A stretch of 64,000 nt of DNA from Vulcanimicrobiota bacterium (GTDB lineage Bacteria; Vulcanimicrobiota; Vulcanimicrobiia; Eremiobacterales; Eremiobacteraceae), in assembly GCA_963812135.1 (NCBI GenBank), contig CAWETU010000001.1, forward strand, positions 128,001-192,000. The letters are read 5' to 3'. Positions 43,903-52,520 of this stretch are shown piece by piece (within the stretch, counting starts at the first letter, position 1; each line of letters begins with the position of its first letter). The translations under genes and the position numbers were made by a program. Under the pieces are notes generated by a model. It had not been told where the DNA came from. It ran no database searches and saw only the letters and a list, made by a program, of their open reading frames with translations.

Positions 43903-45369
43903 ATGGGAATTCGTCCATTGGCCACAACGCCCAGACCGGCATCGCGATACGTGAGGCCGCCCGGCTCGATCACCGCCGGCGTCGTGCTCTTGTGCGCGCT
44001 CGTCGTGTCGGTTATCGGGTCGATGGTCACGTACAATAACGTGCGCTCGGCGTTCGCTCACCTAAACGCATACGATAGCGCTCGCGAGGAGCTCGCCCTG
44101 CTGTTGACGCTGCAGCTCGATGAGGAGACCTCGTTGCGCGGCTTCCTCAGCACGGGCAAGACGATCTACCTCGAACCCTATACAGAAGCATCGCCGCAAT
44201 ACGATCCGGTCTTCCGACAGCTCGTTCAATTCGTCGACACGGCGGGCGTGACGGGGGCATCCGCGCCGATCCTCGACATGCGCACGCAGCACACGCTTTG
44301 GGAACGGCAGATCGCCGAGCCCCTCATCAAGAACCCGAACTCGACCGACGCAGTCCTCATACTCGGTCGCGGCAAGATCATGATGGACCGCGTGCGCAAC
44401 GACTATGCCAACGCCGCCAGCGTCCTCGACGCTGAATCGAAGCGTTTGGTGGACGAATCGTTTTCGCTTTTGCGCCGCGCCGCATTCGTCACCGCCGCGT
44501 TGATCCTCTCGTTCGGATTGATCGCGCTCGTCGCGGATGCGTATCGCAGCCGGTCCCAGGCCGCGTTGGCGCGCGAACGCGCGGTGACCGACACGCTGCA
44601 GCGCGCGTTTCTGAGCGGCTGGGATATGCTGCCGTATCTGCGGATCGGGACCGCCTACGTATCCTCGACCGCCGAGGCTGCGGTGGGCGGCGACCTATTC
44701 GACGTCTACCGGCTCGACGAGAACCGCGCAATGGTCCTCGTGGCTGACGTGAGCGGCAAGGGGCTCGCCGCTGCGGTCGAAACTGCGTTGGTGAAATACT
44801 CCATCCGCACGTTGGTCGAAACGGAGAAGGACCCCGCGGTGGTGCTGCAACGCTTCAACACGCTCTTCGAGCGCTCGGCAGCTGACCCAGGTGCCTTCGT
44901 CAGCGTGTTCCTGGGAATCGTGGACGATCGCGATCTGTCGCTGTGGTATGCGAGCGCCGGTCACGGCTCGGTCTTCGTGCGCCGCGGCAGCCGCGCGTCG
45001 TTGTTGCCCGCAACCGGACCGGTCATCGGTCTCGAGCCGGTGCAGACGTTCAAGTCGGAACGCGTGACGCTGGGGATCGGCGATGTCGTGGTGCTGGCCA
45101 CCGACGGCCTCACCGAGGCTCGCGACCAAGCCGGCATCATGCTGGGCGACGAGCAGTCGCTGCATTGGCTCGAGCGCGGGCCGGCGGATCCACAAAAACT
45201 CGCCGACGAGATCGTCGCCAACGTACGCCGCTACGCCGGTGGGCGCATCGCCGACGACCTCGCGCTGCTCGTCATCAGAGTCCAGCGTACGTCGGTGGCC
45301 GGCACCGACGGGCCGGGGCGGCGCGAGGTCATGCCGACGTCCGCCGACGGCGGAACCGGACGCGCCTGA
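43903..45369 (+). CDS. CHASE3-like sensor plus SpoIIE/RsbU PP2C phosphatase
   Basis: ETSLRGFL...YLEPY; VGGDLFD, DVSGKG, AGH, TDGLTEAR, DDLALL; start approximate. Confidence 0.9.
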   Translation: MGIRPLATTPRPASRYVRPPGSITAGVVLLCALVVSVIGSMVTYNNVRSAFAHLNAYDSAREELALLLTLQLDEETSLRGFLSTGKTIYLEPYTEASPQYDPVFRQLVQFVDTAGVTGASAPILDMRTQHTLWERQIAEPLIKNPNSTDAVLILGRGKIMMDRVRNDYANAASVLDAESKRLVDESFSLLRRAAFVTAALILSFGLIALVADAYRSRSQAALARERAVTDTLQRAFLSGWDMLPYLRIGTAYVSSTAEAAVGGDLFDVYRLDENRAMVLVADVSGKGLAAAVETALVKYSIRTLVETEKDPAVVLQRFNTLFERSAADPGAFVSVFLGIVDDRDLSLWYASAGHGSVFVRRGSRASLLPATGPVIGLEPVQTFKSERVTLGIGDVVVLATDGLTEARDQAGIMLGDEQSLHWLERGPADPQKLADEIVANVRRYAGGRIADDLALLVIRVQRTSVAGTDGPGRREVMPTSADGGTGRA

Positions 45370-45581
45370 TGGAGCGGGCGGGCTTCGCCTGCGAGGATTG
45401 CGGCGAGGTGTGCTGGCTGGCCCAGGGGGCGACCCATGCCCGCTGGCTGCGGGATCGCGAGCACGTCGCCCGCGAGGTGATGGAGCACTCGTCCGCCGGC
45501 TTGGATCTCTGGATGAGCGAAGGACTGGGGTTCTTAGACGAACATCGCGGGCACAGCGTGCTCGTGGTCACCCAACAGTAA
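45369..45581 (+). CDS. 70-aa CxxC/His small protein
   Basis: MERAGFACEDCGE...EHRGH; ATG overlaps the phosphatase stop (TGATG). Confidence 0.7.
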   Translation: MERAGFACEDCGEVCWLAQGATHARWLRDREHVAREVMEHSSAGLDLWMSEGLGFLDEHRGHSVLVVTQQ

Positions 45582-45593
45582 GGCATGTGGGCA

Positions 45594-45629
45594 GAAAAAA
45601 GAGCGAAGGAACGCTTCGCTCTTCTTTTC
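45594..45629. terminator. Bidirectional intrinsic terminator
   Basis: AAGAGCGAAG/CTTCGCTCTT stem flanked by an A-run and a T-run between convergent genes. Confidence 0.85.
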
Positions 45630-45645
45630 ACGCTAGGTTTTTCGC

Positions 45646-45708
45646 CTAGTGTTTCTTTTTGCGGCTCTTCTTTGCTGTTTTCTTGGCCGCTTTTTTCTTC
45701 TTTGCCAT
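45646..45708 (-). CDS. 20-aa lysine-rich micropeptide MAKKKKAAKKTAKKSRKKKH
   Basis: GGAGGTGA SD 6 nt before ATG; stop followed by the terminator. Confidence 0.7.
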   Translation of the reverse strand: MAKKKKAAKKTAKKSRKKKH

Positions 45709-45828
45709 TTCAACTCACCTCCATTCTGCGGAGAAATGGATGTGACTCGCTCTTACTGAGCTTGACGTTGCATTGCTCAGCGCGCGTGACATATCCTTCT
45801 TTCTATTTCGGCGCGATGAAACAGAAAT

Positions 45829-46884
45829 TCACAACGCGTGGATGCGTTCGCCGCTGAGATTTTTGAGTTTCGCGCCGCCGCGATCGAATTTCGTGGCGAT
45901 CATCTCCGCCAATATCGCGACCGCGATCTCTTCGGGAGACTGCGCGCCGATGTCAAGACCGATCGGCGCGTGCACCGCGTCGATCGTGGCTGCGGAGAAT
46001 CCGGCGCGCTCGAGGCGCGCGCGGCGCAGCGCCTGCGTCTTGCGGCTGCCGATCGCGCCGACGTAGCGCACTGGATGACGCAGCACGTGCGCCAGTGTCG
46101 GATCGTCGAACTTGTCGTCGTGCGTCAGCACGGCGACGTACGTGTTCTCATCCATCGGAAGGGCGGGCAACTCGTCCTCCGGCCACCCGACGAGCAGTCG
46201 CGCGGCCGCAGGGAATCTGGCCCGGTTGTTGAGCCGCTCGCGCGGATCGATGACGGTGACTTCGAAACCGGAACGCGCCGCGAGGGCGCACAGCGCCTCG
46301 GCGATGTGGACGGCGCCCACGATGATGAGCCGCGGACTGGGCAACACAGGCATTGCGAACACCTCGTGCTGGCCAGCCGCGCTCGTCGCCGCGACGTTGC
46401 GCCCGAGCGCGGCGCGCCCCAGCGTATCCATGGCCTCGTCGAGCGCGGCGTCGCCGCTGCCGCCGGCGCTCTCCGCGCGCGGATACACGACACGCTTTGC
46501 GCCCACGAACGATGGGCCGCGCACGACCGTGCACAGCGCCGCCGGCTGCAATCCATCGAGGACCGGCCGCCCCCCGTCGAAACGCTCGATGAACACATCG
46601 ATCGCGCCGCCGCACGATAGCCCGACATCCCACATCATATTCTTGTTGATGCCATAGCGCGCGATCTTGGGCACGCCGCTCGCGATGACGCTGCTCGCTT
46701 CGTCGACGACCGCTCCTTCCACGCATCCTCCGCTGACCGAACCCGCGATCGCGCCGTTCGCGGCGATCAGCATCGTCGCGCCGGCGTCGCGCGGCGCCGA
46801 CCCGTCGACGTGGATGACGGTCGCGATGGCGAACGGTTCGCCGGCGGCACGCCAGCGCGCCATGGTCTCCACGACGTCCTTCAC
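45829..46884 (-). CDS. XdhC/CoxF-family molybdoenzyme maturation protein
   Basis: GSAPR..GA, GSVSGGCVE, GLSCGG, LTHDDKFD, YVGAIGSR, PIGLDIGA. Confidence 0.92.
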   Translation of the reverse strand: MKDVVETMARWRAAGEPFAIATVIHVDGSAPRDAGATMLIAANGAIAGSVSGGCVEGAVVDEASSVIASGVPKIARYGINKNMMWDVGLSCGGAIDVFIERFDGGRPVLDGLQPAALCTVVRGPSFVGAKRVVYPRAESAGGSGDAALDEAMDTLGRAALGRNVAATSAAGQHEVFAMPVLPSPRLIIVGAVHIAEALCALAARSGFEVTVIDPRERLNNRARFPAAARLLVGWPEDELPALPMDENTYVAVLTHDDKFDDPTLAHVLRHPVRYVGAIGSRKTQALRRARLERAGFSAATIDAVHAPIGLDIGAQSPEEIAVAILAEMIATKFDRGGAKLKNLSGERIHAL

Positions 46885-48152
46885 GACGCCACTCCTTGGG
46901 CCCGCACCGGGCGCCGGTCTTCGATCGAATTGAGCAGTTCGGCGAGCTGCATGAGGCTCCGCAAGTTGTGGGCCGACAGGAAATTGTCGATGTACGGCAA
47001 GGCGGCTTGCATGCCGACCGTTTGCGGGCGATAGCGAGACGAGCCCAGCAGCGGATTGAGCCAGATGAGCCGGTACGCGCTGCGCTGCAGCCGGCGCATC
47101 TCGCTCGCGAGCAGGTCGATGTCGCCGCGGTCCCAACCGTCGCTGATGATCAGCACGATCGCGCCGCGTCCGAGCACGCGCCCGGCCCAGCGTAGGTTGA
47201 AAGCGCGCAGGCATTCGCCGATGCGCGTGCCGCCCGCCCAGTCGGCGACGCTGCCTGCGACCTCATCGAGCGCGGCGCGGATGTCGCGATGTCGGATCTG
47301 GCGCGTGATGCGCGTCAGACGCGTGCCGAAGACGAATGCTTCGACTCGACCGACCGAGTGGCGCACGGCGTGCACGAACTGGAGCAGGAGCCGCGAGTAT
47401 CGGTCCATGGAGCCCGAGATGTCGCATAAAAGGACGAGATCGCGCTGCTTGCGCCGGCGTTTTCGCGTGGTGAGCGAGAGCACTTCGCCGCCGCGGCGCA
47501 GGCTCGTACGCAACGTGCGGCGATAGTCGAACGCGCCGCTGCCGGCGCCCGCTTTCGTGCGGCGCGAGCGTTTGGTTCCGAGCTCCCACACGTGACGGCG
47601 CGTGAGCTCGCGCGCGCGATCGGCTTCGACGTCGCTGAGCTGCGAGAATTCTTTTTGGTACAATCCCTCGGCGAAGCTGTAGGTGAACGATCGATCCCCG
47701 TCAAGGGCTTGCGCGCCTTCATCTTGATGCGCGCTCTCCCCATCGCTGCGCACGAAGGTGCTGCGCGATCGTTCGGGCTGCGTGCCGGGCGTGGGGAACT
47801 GCGGCGCCGCGCTGCGTGGATCGCCGTCCACGTCGGGCGGTTGCGGCGAATCGGGCGCGTGATCGGCCGGCGGCTGCGGCATCACCGCTTTGCTCCAGAA
47901 CAGCTCGAACGCGGCGTCGAAGATGGGGATGTCTTCCGGCCGGCGGACGAGCACCGCGCGCGCGGCGGCCTTGACGTCGGCGCGCGAGCGCATGCCGACC
48001 GCGTCGAGCGCCTGGTCGAGCAAGATGATCTTGTCGGGCTGGACCGCGAGACCAAGATCGCGCAACACGCGGCCGAAGATGATGACGTTGCGCCCGAGGC
48101 GCGCGAAGCGCTTGAGGTCGTCTGCGTCGACGACCGAGCTGCGCTCGCTCAT
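46881..48152 (-). CDS. coxE: CoxE-like VWA domain protein
   Basis: LCDISGSM, FGTRLTRIT, WAGGTRIG, SDGWD, WLNPL. Confidence 0.88.
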   Translation of the reverse strand: MSERSSVVDADDLKRFARLGRNVIIFGRVLRDLGLAVQPDKIILLDQALDAVGMRSRADVKAAARAVLVRRPEDIPIFDAAFELFWSKAVMPQPPADHAPDSPQPPDVDGDPRSAAPQFPTPGTQPERSRSTFVRSDGESAHQDEGAQALDGDRSFTYSFAEGLYQKEFSQLSDVEADRARELTRRHVWELGTKRSRRTKAGAGSGAFDYRRTLRTSLRRGGEVLSLTTRKRRRKQRDLVLLCDISGSMDRYSRLLLQFVHAVRHSVGRVEAFVFGTRLTRITRQIRHRDIRAALDEVAGSVADWAGGTRIGECLRAFNLRWAGRVLGRGAIVLIISDGWDRGDIDLLASEMRRLQRSAYRLIWLNPLLGSSRYRPQTVGMQAALPYIDNFLSAHNLRSLMQLAELLNSIEDRRPVRAQGVAS

Positions 48153-49060
48153 GCGCCCGAAGCGACCTTGTGCGCGCGTTCCACGCGCGCGGCGAGCGCG
48201 CTCTCGCGCGCTTTGGTGACGTCCTCTTGGTACTTCAAGAGGCAGCCGATCGTCTCGGCGACGACGCGCTCGTCGAGCGTCGACTTGCCGAGCGCCACCA
48301 GCGCGGCGGCCCAGTCGATCGTCTCAGCGACGCCCGGGTGCTTGTAGAACGAATCGCTGCGCAACCCGGCGACCATCGCCGCGGCCTCGAGCGCGAGCCT
48401 GCGCTCCACGCCCGGCACTTTCGACTCGACGATGCGCGCCTCGCGTTCGATGTCGGGGTAATCGATCCAATGATAGAGACATCGCCGCTTGAGCGCGTCG
48501 TGGACTTCGCGCGTGCGGTTGCTGGTCAGCACGACGAGCGGCGGCGTGGTCGCCCTGAATGTGCCGATCTCAGGCACGGTCACTTGGAAGTCCGACAGCA
48601 GCTCGAGCAGAAACGCCTCGAACTCTTCGTCTGCGCGGTCGATCTCGTCGATCAGCAGGACCGCCGGCGGTCCATCGTGATCCTCGATCGCCTGCAGCAG
48701 CGGACGTTTGATGAGGAACTCAGGTCCGAAGATCTCGCGCTCGGTCTTCGCGCGCTCTTGATCGCCGGCTTGCGCATCGGCGAGCCGGATGTGCAAGATC
48801 TGTTTCGCATAGTTCCATTCGTACAGCGCGTGATTGACGTCGAGACCTTCATAGCATTGCAGGCGGATGAGCCGGCGGCCGAGTCCGGCGGCGAGCACTT
48901 TGGCGACTTCGGTCTTGCCGACGCCTGCCTCGCCTTCGAGGAAGAGCGGGCGTCCAAGCGTCGCCGCGAGGTAGATCGACACGGCCAACGTCCGGTCGGC
49001 GACGTAGCGGTTGTCCGCCAACATCGCTTGCACGTCTTCTATGGATGAAATCGTCTTCAC
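48149..49060 (-). CDS. coxD: CoxD-like MoxR AAA+ ATPase
   Basis: LEGEAGVGKT, LQCYEG, DEIDRADEEFEAFLLE, LKRRC. Confidence 0.9.
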   Translation of the reverse strand: MKTISSIEDVQAMLADNRYVADRTLAVSIYLAATLGRPLFLEGEAGVGKTEVAKVLAAGLGRRLIRLQCYEGLDVNHALYEWNYAKQILHIRLADAQAGDQERAKTEREIFGPEFLIKRPLLQAIEDHDGPPAVLLIDEIDRADEEFEAFLLELLSDFQVTVPEIGTFRATTPPLVVLTSNRTREVHDALKRRCLYHWIDYPDIEREARIVESKVPGVERRLALEAAAMVAGLRSDSFYKHPGVAETIDWAAALVALGKSTLDERVVAETIGCLLKYQEDVTKARESALAARVERAHKVASGA

Positions 49061-49145
49061 AAAGCGCTCATTTCCAGCCGTGGCTGCGACTTACCCGCGC
49101 TCACAGACGCCGCATGCGGCAGGGCCGTCTGCGCGGCGTCGCAAA

Positions 49146-49673
49146 GTGGTGGTCGTGATTCGCTGGATCGTCGGCGCAGTCGTCGCGGTCGCGCTGGTGG
49201 TCCTGATCGCCGCGTACTTCCCAAGCGAGATCGACCAGAGTCGCGGGCCGGCGCAGGTCGTCGGCATGATCGCGCCGGCGCTCACCGTGCCGCTCGTGAC
49301 GGGCGGTGAGATGGACCTGAACAGCCTGCGCGGCCATGATGTGCTGCTCAACGTATGGGCGACATGGTGCGGACCGTGCCGCAGGGAGATGCCTGCGCTC
49401 GAGCGGCTGGCGCGCGAACAAACAGGGCGGCTGGTCGTGATCGCGGTGGACCAAGGCGAGGCGCCCGCGACGGCGCGCGACTTCGCCAAACGCTTCGGCG
49501 TCACGTTTCCGGTGGCCGCAGACCCGGAGCAACGCCTCGGAACGAAACTACATCTGGTCGGCATGCCGAGCTCGTTCTTCATCGACAAGAAGGGCGTGAT
49601 CCGCGAGGCGGTCGACGGCGAGATGACCTATGACGTGATGCTGCGCAAAGCGCAGCAGATCGAGAACATGTAG
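49146..49673 (+). CDS. TlpA/ResA-family thiol-disulfide oxidoreductase
   Basis: N-terminal TM; NVWATWCGPCRREMP; GMPSSFFID. Confidence 0.92.
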   Translation: MVVVIRWIVGAVVAVALVVLIAAYFPSEIDQSRGPAQVVGMIAPALTVPLVTGGEMDLNSLRGHDVLLNVWATWCGPCRREMPALERLAREQTGRLVVIAVDQGEAPATARDFAKRFGVTFPVAADPEQRLGTKLHLVGMPSSFFIDKKGVIREAVDGEMTYDVMLRKAQQIENM

Positions 49674-49674
49674 A

Positions 49675-50340
49675 GTGAGGATCGCGTTGCTGCGCATACA
49701 AGATCTCCTTCGTTCGCTTCTCGCGCCGCGCGTGCGCCTGACGGTCGCCGTGCTCGTGGCGTTCGGCGTCACGCTGGCGGCCGCGACGGGCGGCTGCTCG
49801 AACTCGGCGACCTCGTCCACTGCGACGCCGACGCCCAGCGCCACGCCGACGGCCACGCCGACCGGTCCAACACCCACGCCGACGGCGCCGCCGCAGAACT
49901 TCATCTCGATCTCGGGTACTATCCCTCCGACGACCGACCCGACCTACGGCATCGTCGACGGGTATGGCGCGCTCGCAGCTGCACCAACGTCCACGCCTCT
50001 GACCACCCCCGCGCCGTCGCAGATCATCACCGTCTCGGCGAATCAGACCATCGTTTTCGTGAATCTCGACAAGAATCCGCACACCGCGTCGCTGCTCGGG
50101 CTGGCGAACGGCATGAACTGGCCCGCCACGTTCACCAACAACAACGGCACCGCCGGCCTTCCAGCAGGCACGGCGATCACCACAGCGGAGTTCTCGACCG
50201 GCACGATCGCGGCGGCATCGGGCGCACCAGTGTTCTCGTTCATCTACAACACCGGGCCGACGACGGGCATGTTCTACTTCGGCGATTTCTTCGGGTATCT
50301 CTCGAATCCGCCGATACGCACGGTCATCATCGTCCAATAA
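49675..50340 (+). CDS. Cupredoxin-like lipoprotein with degenerate copper ligands
   Basis: GGC lipobox, PT linker, PHTAS...GMFYFGDFFGY...IRTVIIVQ; paralog of the next gene; start may be 49732. Confidence 0.6.
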   Translation: MRIALLRIQDLLRSLLAPRVRLTVAVLVAFGVTLAAATGGCSNSATSSTATPTPSATPTATPTGPTPTPTAPPQNFISISGTIPPTTDPTYGIVDGYGALAAAPTSTPLTTPAPSQIITVSANQTIVFVNLDKNPHTASLLGLANGMNWPATFTNNNGTAGLPAGTAITTAEFSTGTIAAASGAPVFSFIYNTGPTTGMFYFGDFFGYLSNPPIRTVIIVQ

Positions 50341-50344
50341 TATT

Positions 50345-50368
50345 GTAGCGGTCGAATTTATTCGACCG
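50345..50368 (+). repeat. GTAG-type REP-like palindrome, copy 2
   Basis: GTAG-CGGTCGAA-TTTA-TTCGACCG, 4 nt after a stop codon. Confidence 0.75.
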
Positions 50369-50536
50369 TCCCCACGCAACTGTGGCCTCGGGCGAACGCT
50401 CGAGGCCTCTCCTTTAATTGGGGTTTCAGGGGGGCAACCTAGGATAGCGATGCGGGAGCGGCGCTGCGCCCTGTCGTCGCCCCCGCGCTCCCTACCTTAA
50501 AAATTTCAGCTTCGGGGTGACCGAAAGGAAATCGAT

Positions 50537-51106
50537 GTGAAGCTCTCTTTCACGCGCGTCGCGCAGCTCGTGGCTGGACTCACGAGCGCTCTTGCGTTGA
50601 TCTCGTTGGCCGGCTGCGGCGGTTCGTACGGCGGCGGTGGCGGTATGGGCGGCTGCGGCATCTATGGTGGGCCCTGCCCGACCACTCCGCCTATGGCCAC
50701 GGATTGCTCCGTCATGGCCGCTGGACCGAACGTGACGATCGATCTCAACTACGGACTCGCGTCGTGCAACGACCAGACCTATTCGGTGATACGTGGATTT
50801 TCGACCGACAACGCGCATTCACAGGTCATCAAGATCCCGATCAATTCCAACGTGACGTTCATGGGGGGCACCGGCGCGCCGCACACCGCGGACCTGCTCG
50901 GCAGCTCGTTCCCGGCGACAGATACGAATCCGGCAACTGCGTCCCCAGCCGGAGCCGACATCAGCAGCGCCAACTTCAGCACCGGCCCGATCGGTTTGGG
51001 CGCGTCATCGGCGGTCTACAAAGCCGGTGTGGCGGGCGTGTACTTTTTCGGCTGCCACTTCCATTACGTCGCCTTTGGCGAGCGTTCGGTGCTCATCGTC
51101 CAGTGA
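50537..51106 (+). CDS. Cupredoxin (plastocyanin-like) lipoprotein
   Basis: LAGC lipobox; PHTA...GVYFFGCHFHYVAFGERSVLIVQ. Confidence 0.72.
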   Translation: MKLSFTRVAQLVAGLTSALALISLAGCGGSYGGGGGMGGCGIYGGPCPTTPPMATDCSVMAAGPNVTIDLNYGLASCNDQTYSVIRGFSTDNAHSQVIKIPINSNVTFMGGTGAPHTADLLGSSFPATDTNPATASPAGADISSANFSTGPIGLGASSAVYKAGVAGVYFFGCHFHYVAFGERSVLIVQ

Positions 51107-51479
51107 CGGGCGCCGCCGTCCCCGACAGGTAGATAACGGTCTGATCGCCGCTGACCTCCAAATGGACGGTGCGGCGGCGATCGTCGAACAGGGCGTACGT
51201 CGCTTCGCGTTTCACTTCGTTGAAGACGGATTGCGTGCCGCGCGGCAACATCGCGGCGTACCAGTCGCGAACTTTGTCAAAGCCATCCCACGTGGTGAAG
51301 ATCTCGATCACGTGACCCGCGTTCTTCGCGCGGATCGCCGGCGAGACGGCGACCGCGTTGGCGTGCGGGTACACGGGCAGATGCAGGGCGGAGCGCTCGG
51401 CGTTGTCGTGTCGCGCGCACGCGCCGAGCAGTATGGCGATCGCGAATGCGGCCGCGGCAAGAGCCGCGCGTGGTCTCAC
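51093..51479 (-). CDS. Small lipoprotein
   Basis: LLGAC lipobox; LPVYPHA, DKVRDWY; GTG overlaps the Mrp stop. Confidence 0.7.
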   Translation of the reverse strand: MRPRAALAAAAFAIAILLGACARHDNAERSALHLPVYPHANAVAVSPAIRAKNAGHVIEIFTTWDGFDKVRDWYAAMLPRGTQSVFNEVKREATYALFDDRRRTVHLEVSGDQTVIYLSGTAAPVTGR

Positions 51480-52516
51480 CCGGGCGTCGGGCTGCTCGTC
51501 GCGAGCGCCGGAAGGACCTTGATGAAGTTGTCCGCGAGCGCATCGTAGTCCGACGACTGGTAATCCTCGACGTTGCCTTCGTCGCACAGCGCGGCGAGGA
51601 CCGGATCGATCGGCAGCTGCGCCAGCAGCGGCGCCCCGCTCTCTACCACCAACTGCACGCCCTTGCTCGCGCCAAAGGGCTCGTGGCGCGCGCCGGTCTG
51701 CGGGTCGATGAAATACGACATGTTCTCGACCAAGCCGAGCACCGGCGTGTTCAACTGTTGGACGAGCTTGATCGCCTTGCTCACGATCATCGTCGCCAAT
51801 CCTTGCGGCGTGCTCACGAGCACGGCGCCGGACACCGGCAGCGCCTGCAGCACGGTCAGTGGGGCGTCTGACGTTCCCGGCGGCAGATCGATCAAGAGAT
51901 AGTCGACCTTGCCCCATTCGAGGTCGTTGTAGAACTGTTTGATGGCGTTCGACACCATCGGCCCGCGCCAGATGACGGCTTGGTTCTCGCTGTCGAGGAT
52001 CAGGTTCATAGACATGAGCTGGATGCCGGTGCGCGTCACCGGTGGATGCGGTTTGCCGTCCGCGCCTTGATACGGCCGCGCGGTGACGCCGAACATCTTC
52101 GCTTGGCTCGGGCCGGTGATGTCCGCGTCGAGGATGCCGACGCTCAATCCACGGCGGCGCAGCGCGACCGCGAGCAGCGCGGTGACCGCCGACTTGCCGA
52201 CGCCGCCTTTGCCGGACATGACGGCGACCACATGCTCGATGCCGGCCTTGCGTTGGCGTTCCATCGGCGGCACGTGGGCGGCGGCCGCCTTGCGGCGCGG
52301 CGGCGGCACGGTGCCGTCGGCGATGAAGCGTTCGAGGTCCGCCATCAGTGCGGCGAGATCGAGGTTGTGGACGCCGGCACCGCCGCGGATGCTCTCGCGC
52401 GTCGAGACATGACAGCCGGCGCACGGCAGGCCGTGCGCGGCGAACACCGCTTCGGCGCCTTTGTGGGTGTCGACGACGTCGCGGATCAGCGTATCGGGCG
52501 AAAGCGTAGAGGGCAT
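51476..52516 (-). CDS. Mrp/ApbC P-loop ATPase with an N-terminal DUF1858-like domain
   Basis: SGKGGVGKS, DADITGPS, WRGPM, DLPPGTSD, ENMS; N-terminal GLPCAGC...ESI..GA.VH. Confidence 0.9.
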   Translation of the reverse strand: MPSTLSPDTLIRDVVDTHKGAEAVFAAHGLPCAGCHVSTRESIRGGAGVHNLDLAALMADLERFIADGTVPPPRRKAAAAHVPPMERQRKAGIEHVVAVMSGKGGVGKSAVTALLAVALRRRGLSVGILDADITGPSQAKMFGVTARPYQGADGKPHPPVTRTGIQLMSMNLILDSENQAVIWRGPMVSNAIKQFYNDLEWGKVDYLLIDLPPGTSDAPLTVLQALPVSGAVLVSTPQGLATMIVSKAIKLVQQLNTPVLGLVENMSYFIDPQTGARHEPFGASKGVQLVVESGAPLLAQLPIDPVLAALCDEGNVEDYQSSDYDALADNFIKVLPALATSSPTPG

Positions 52517-52520
52517 CGCT

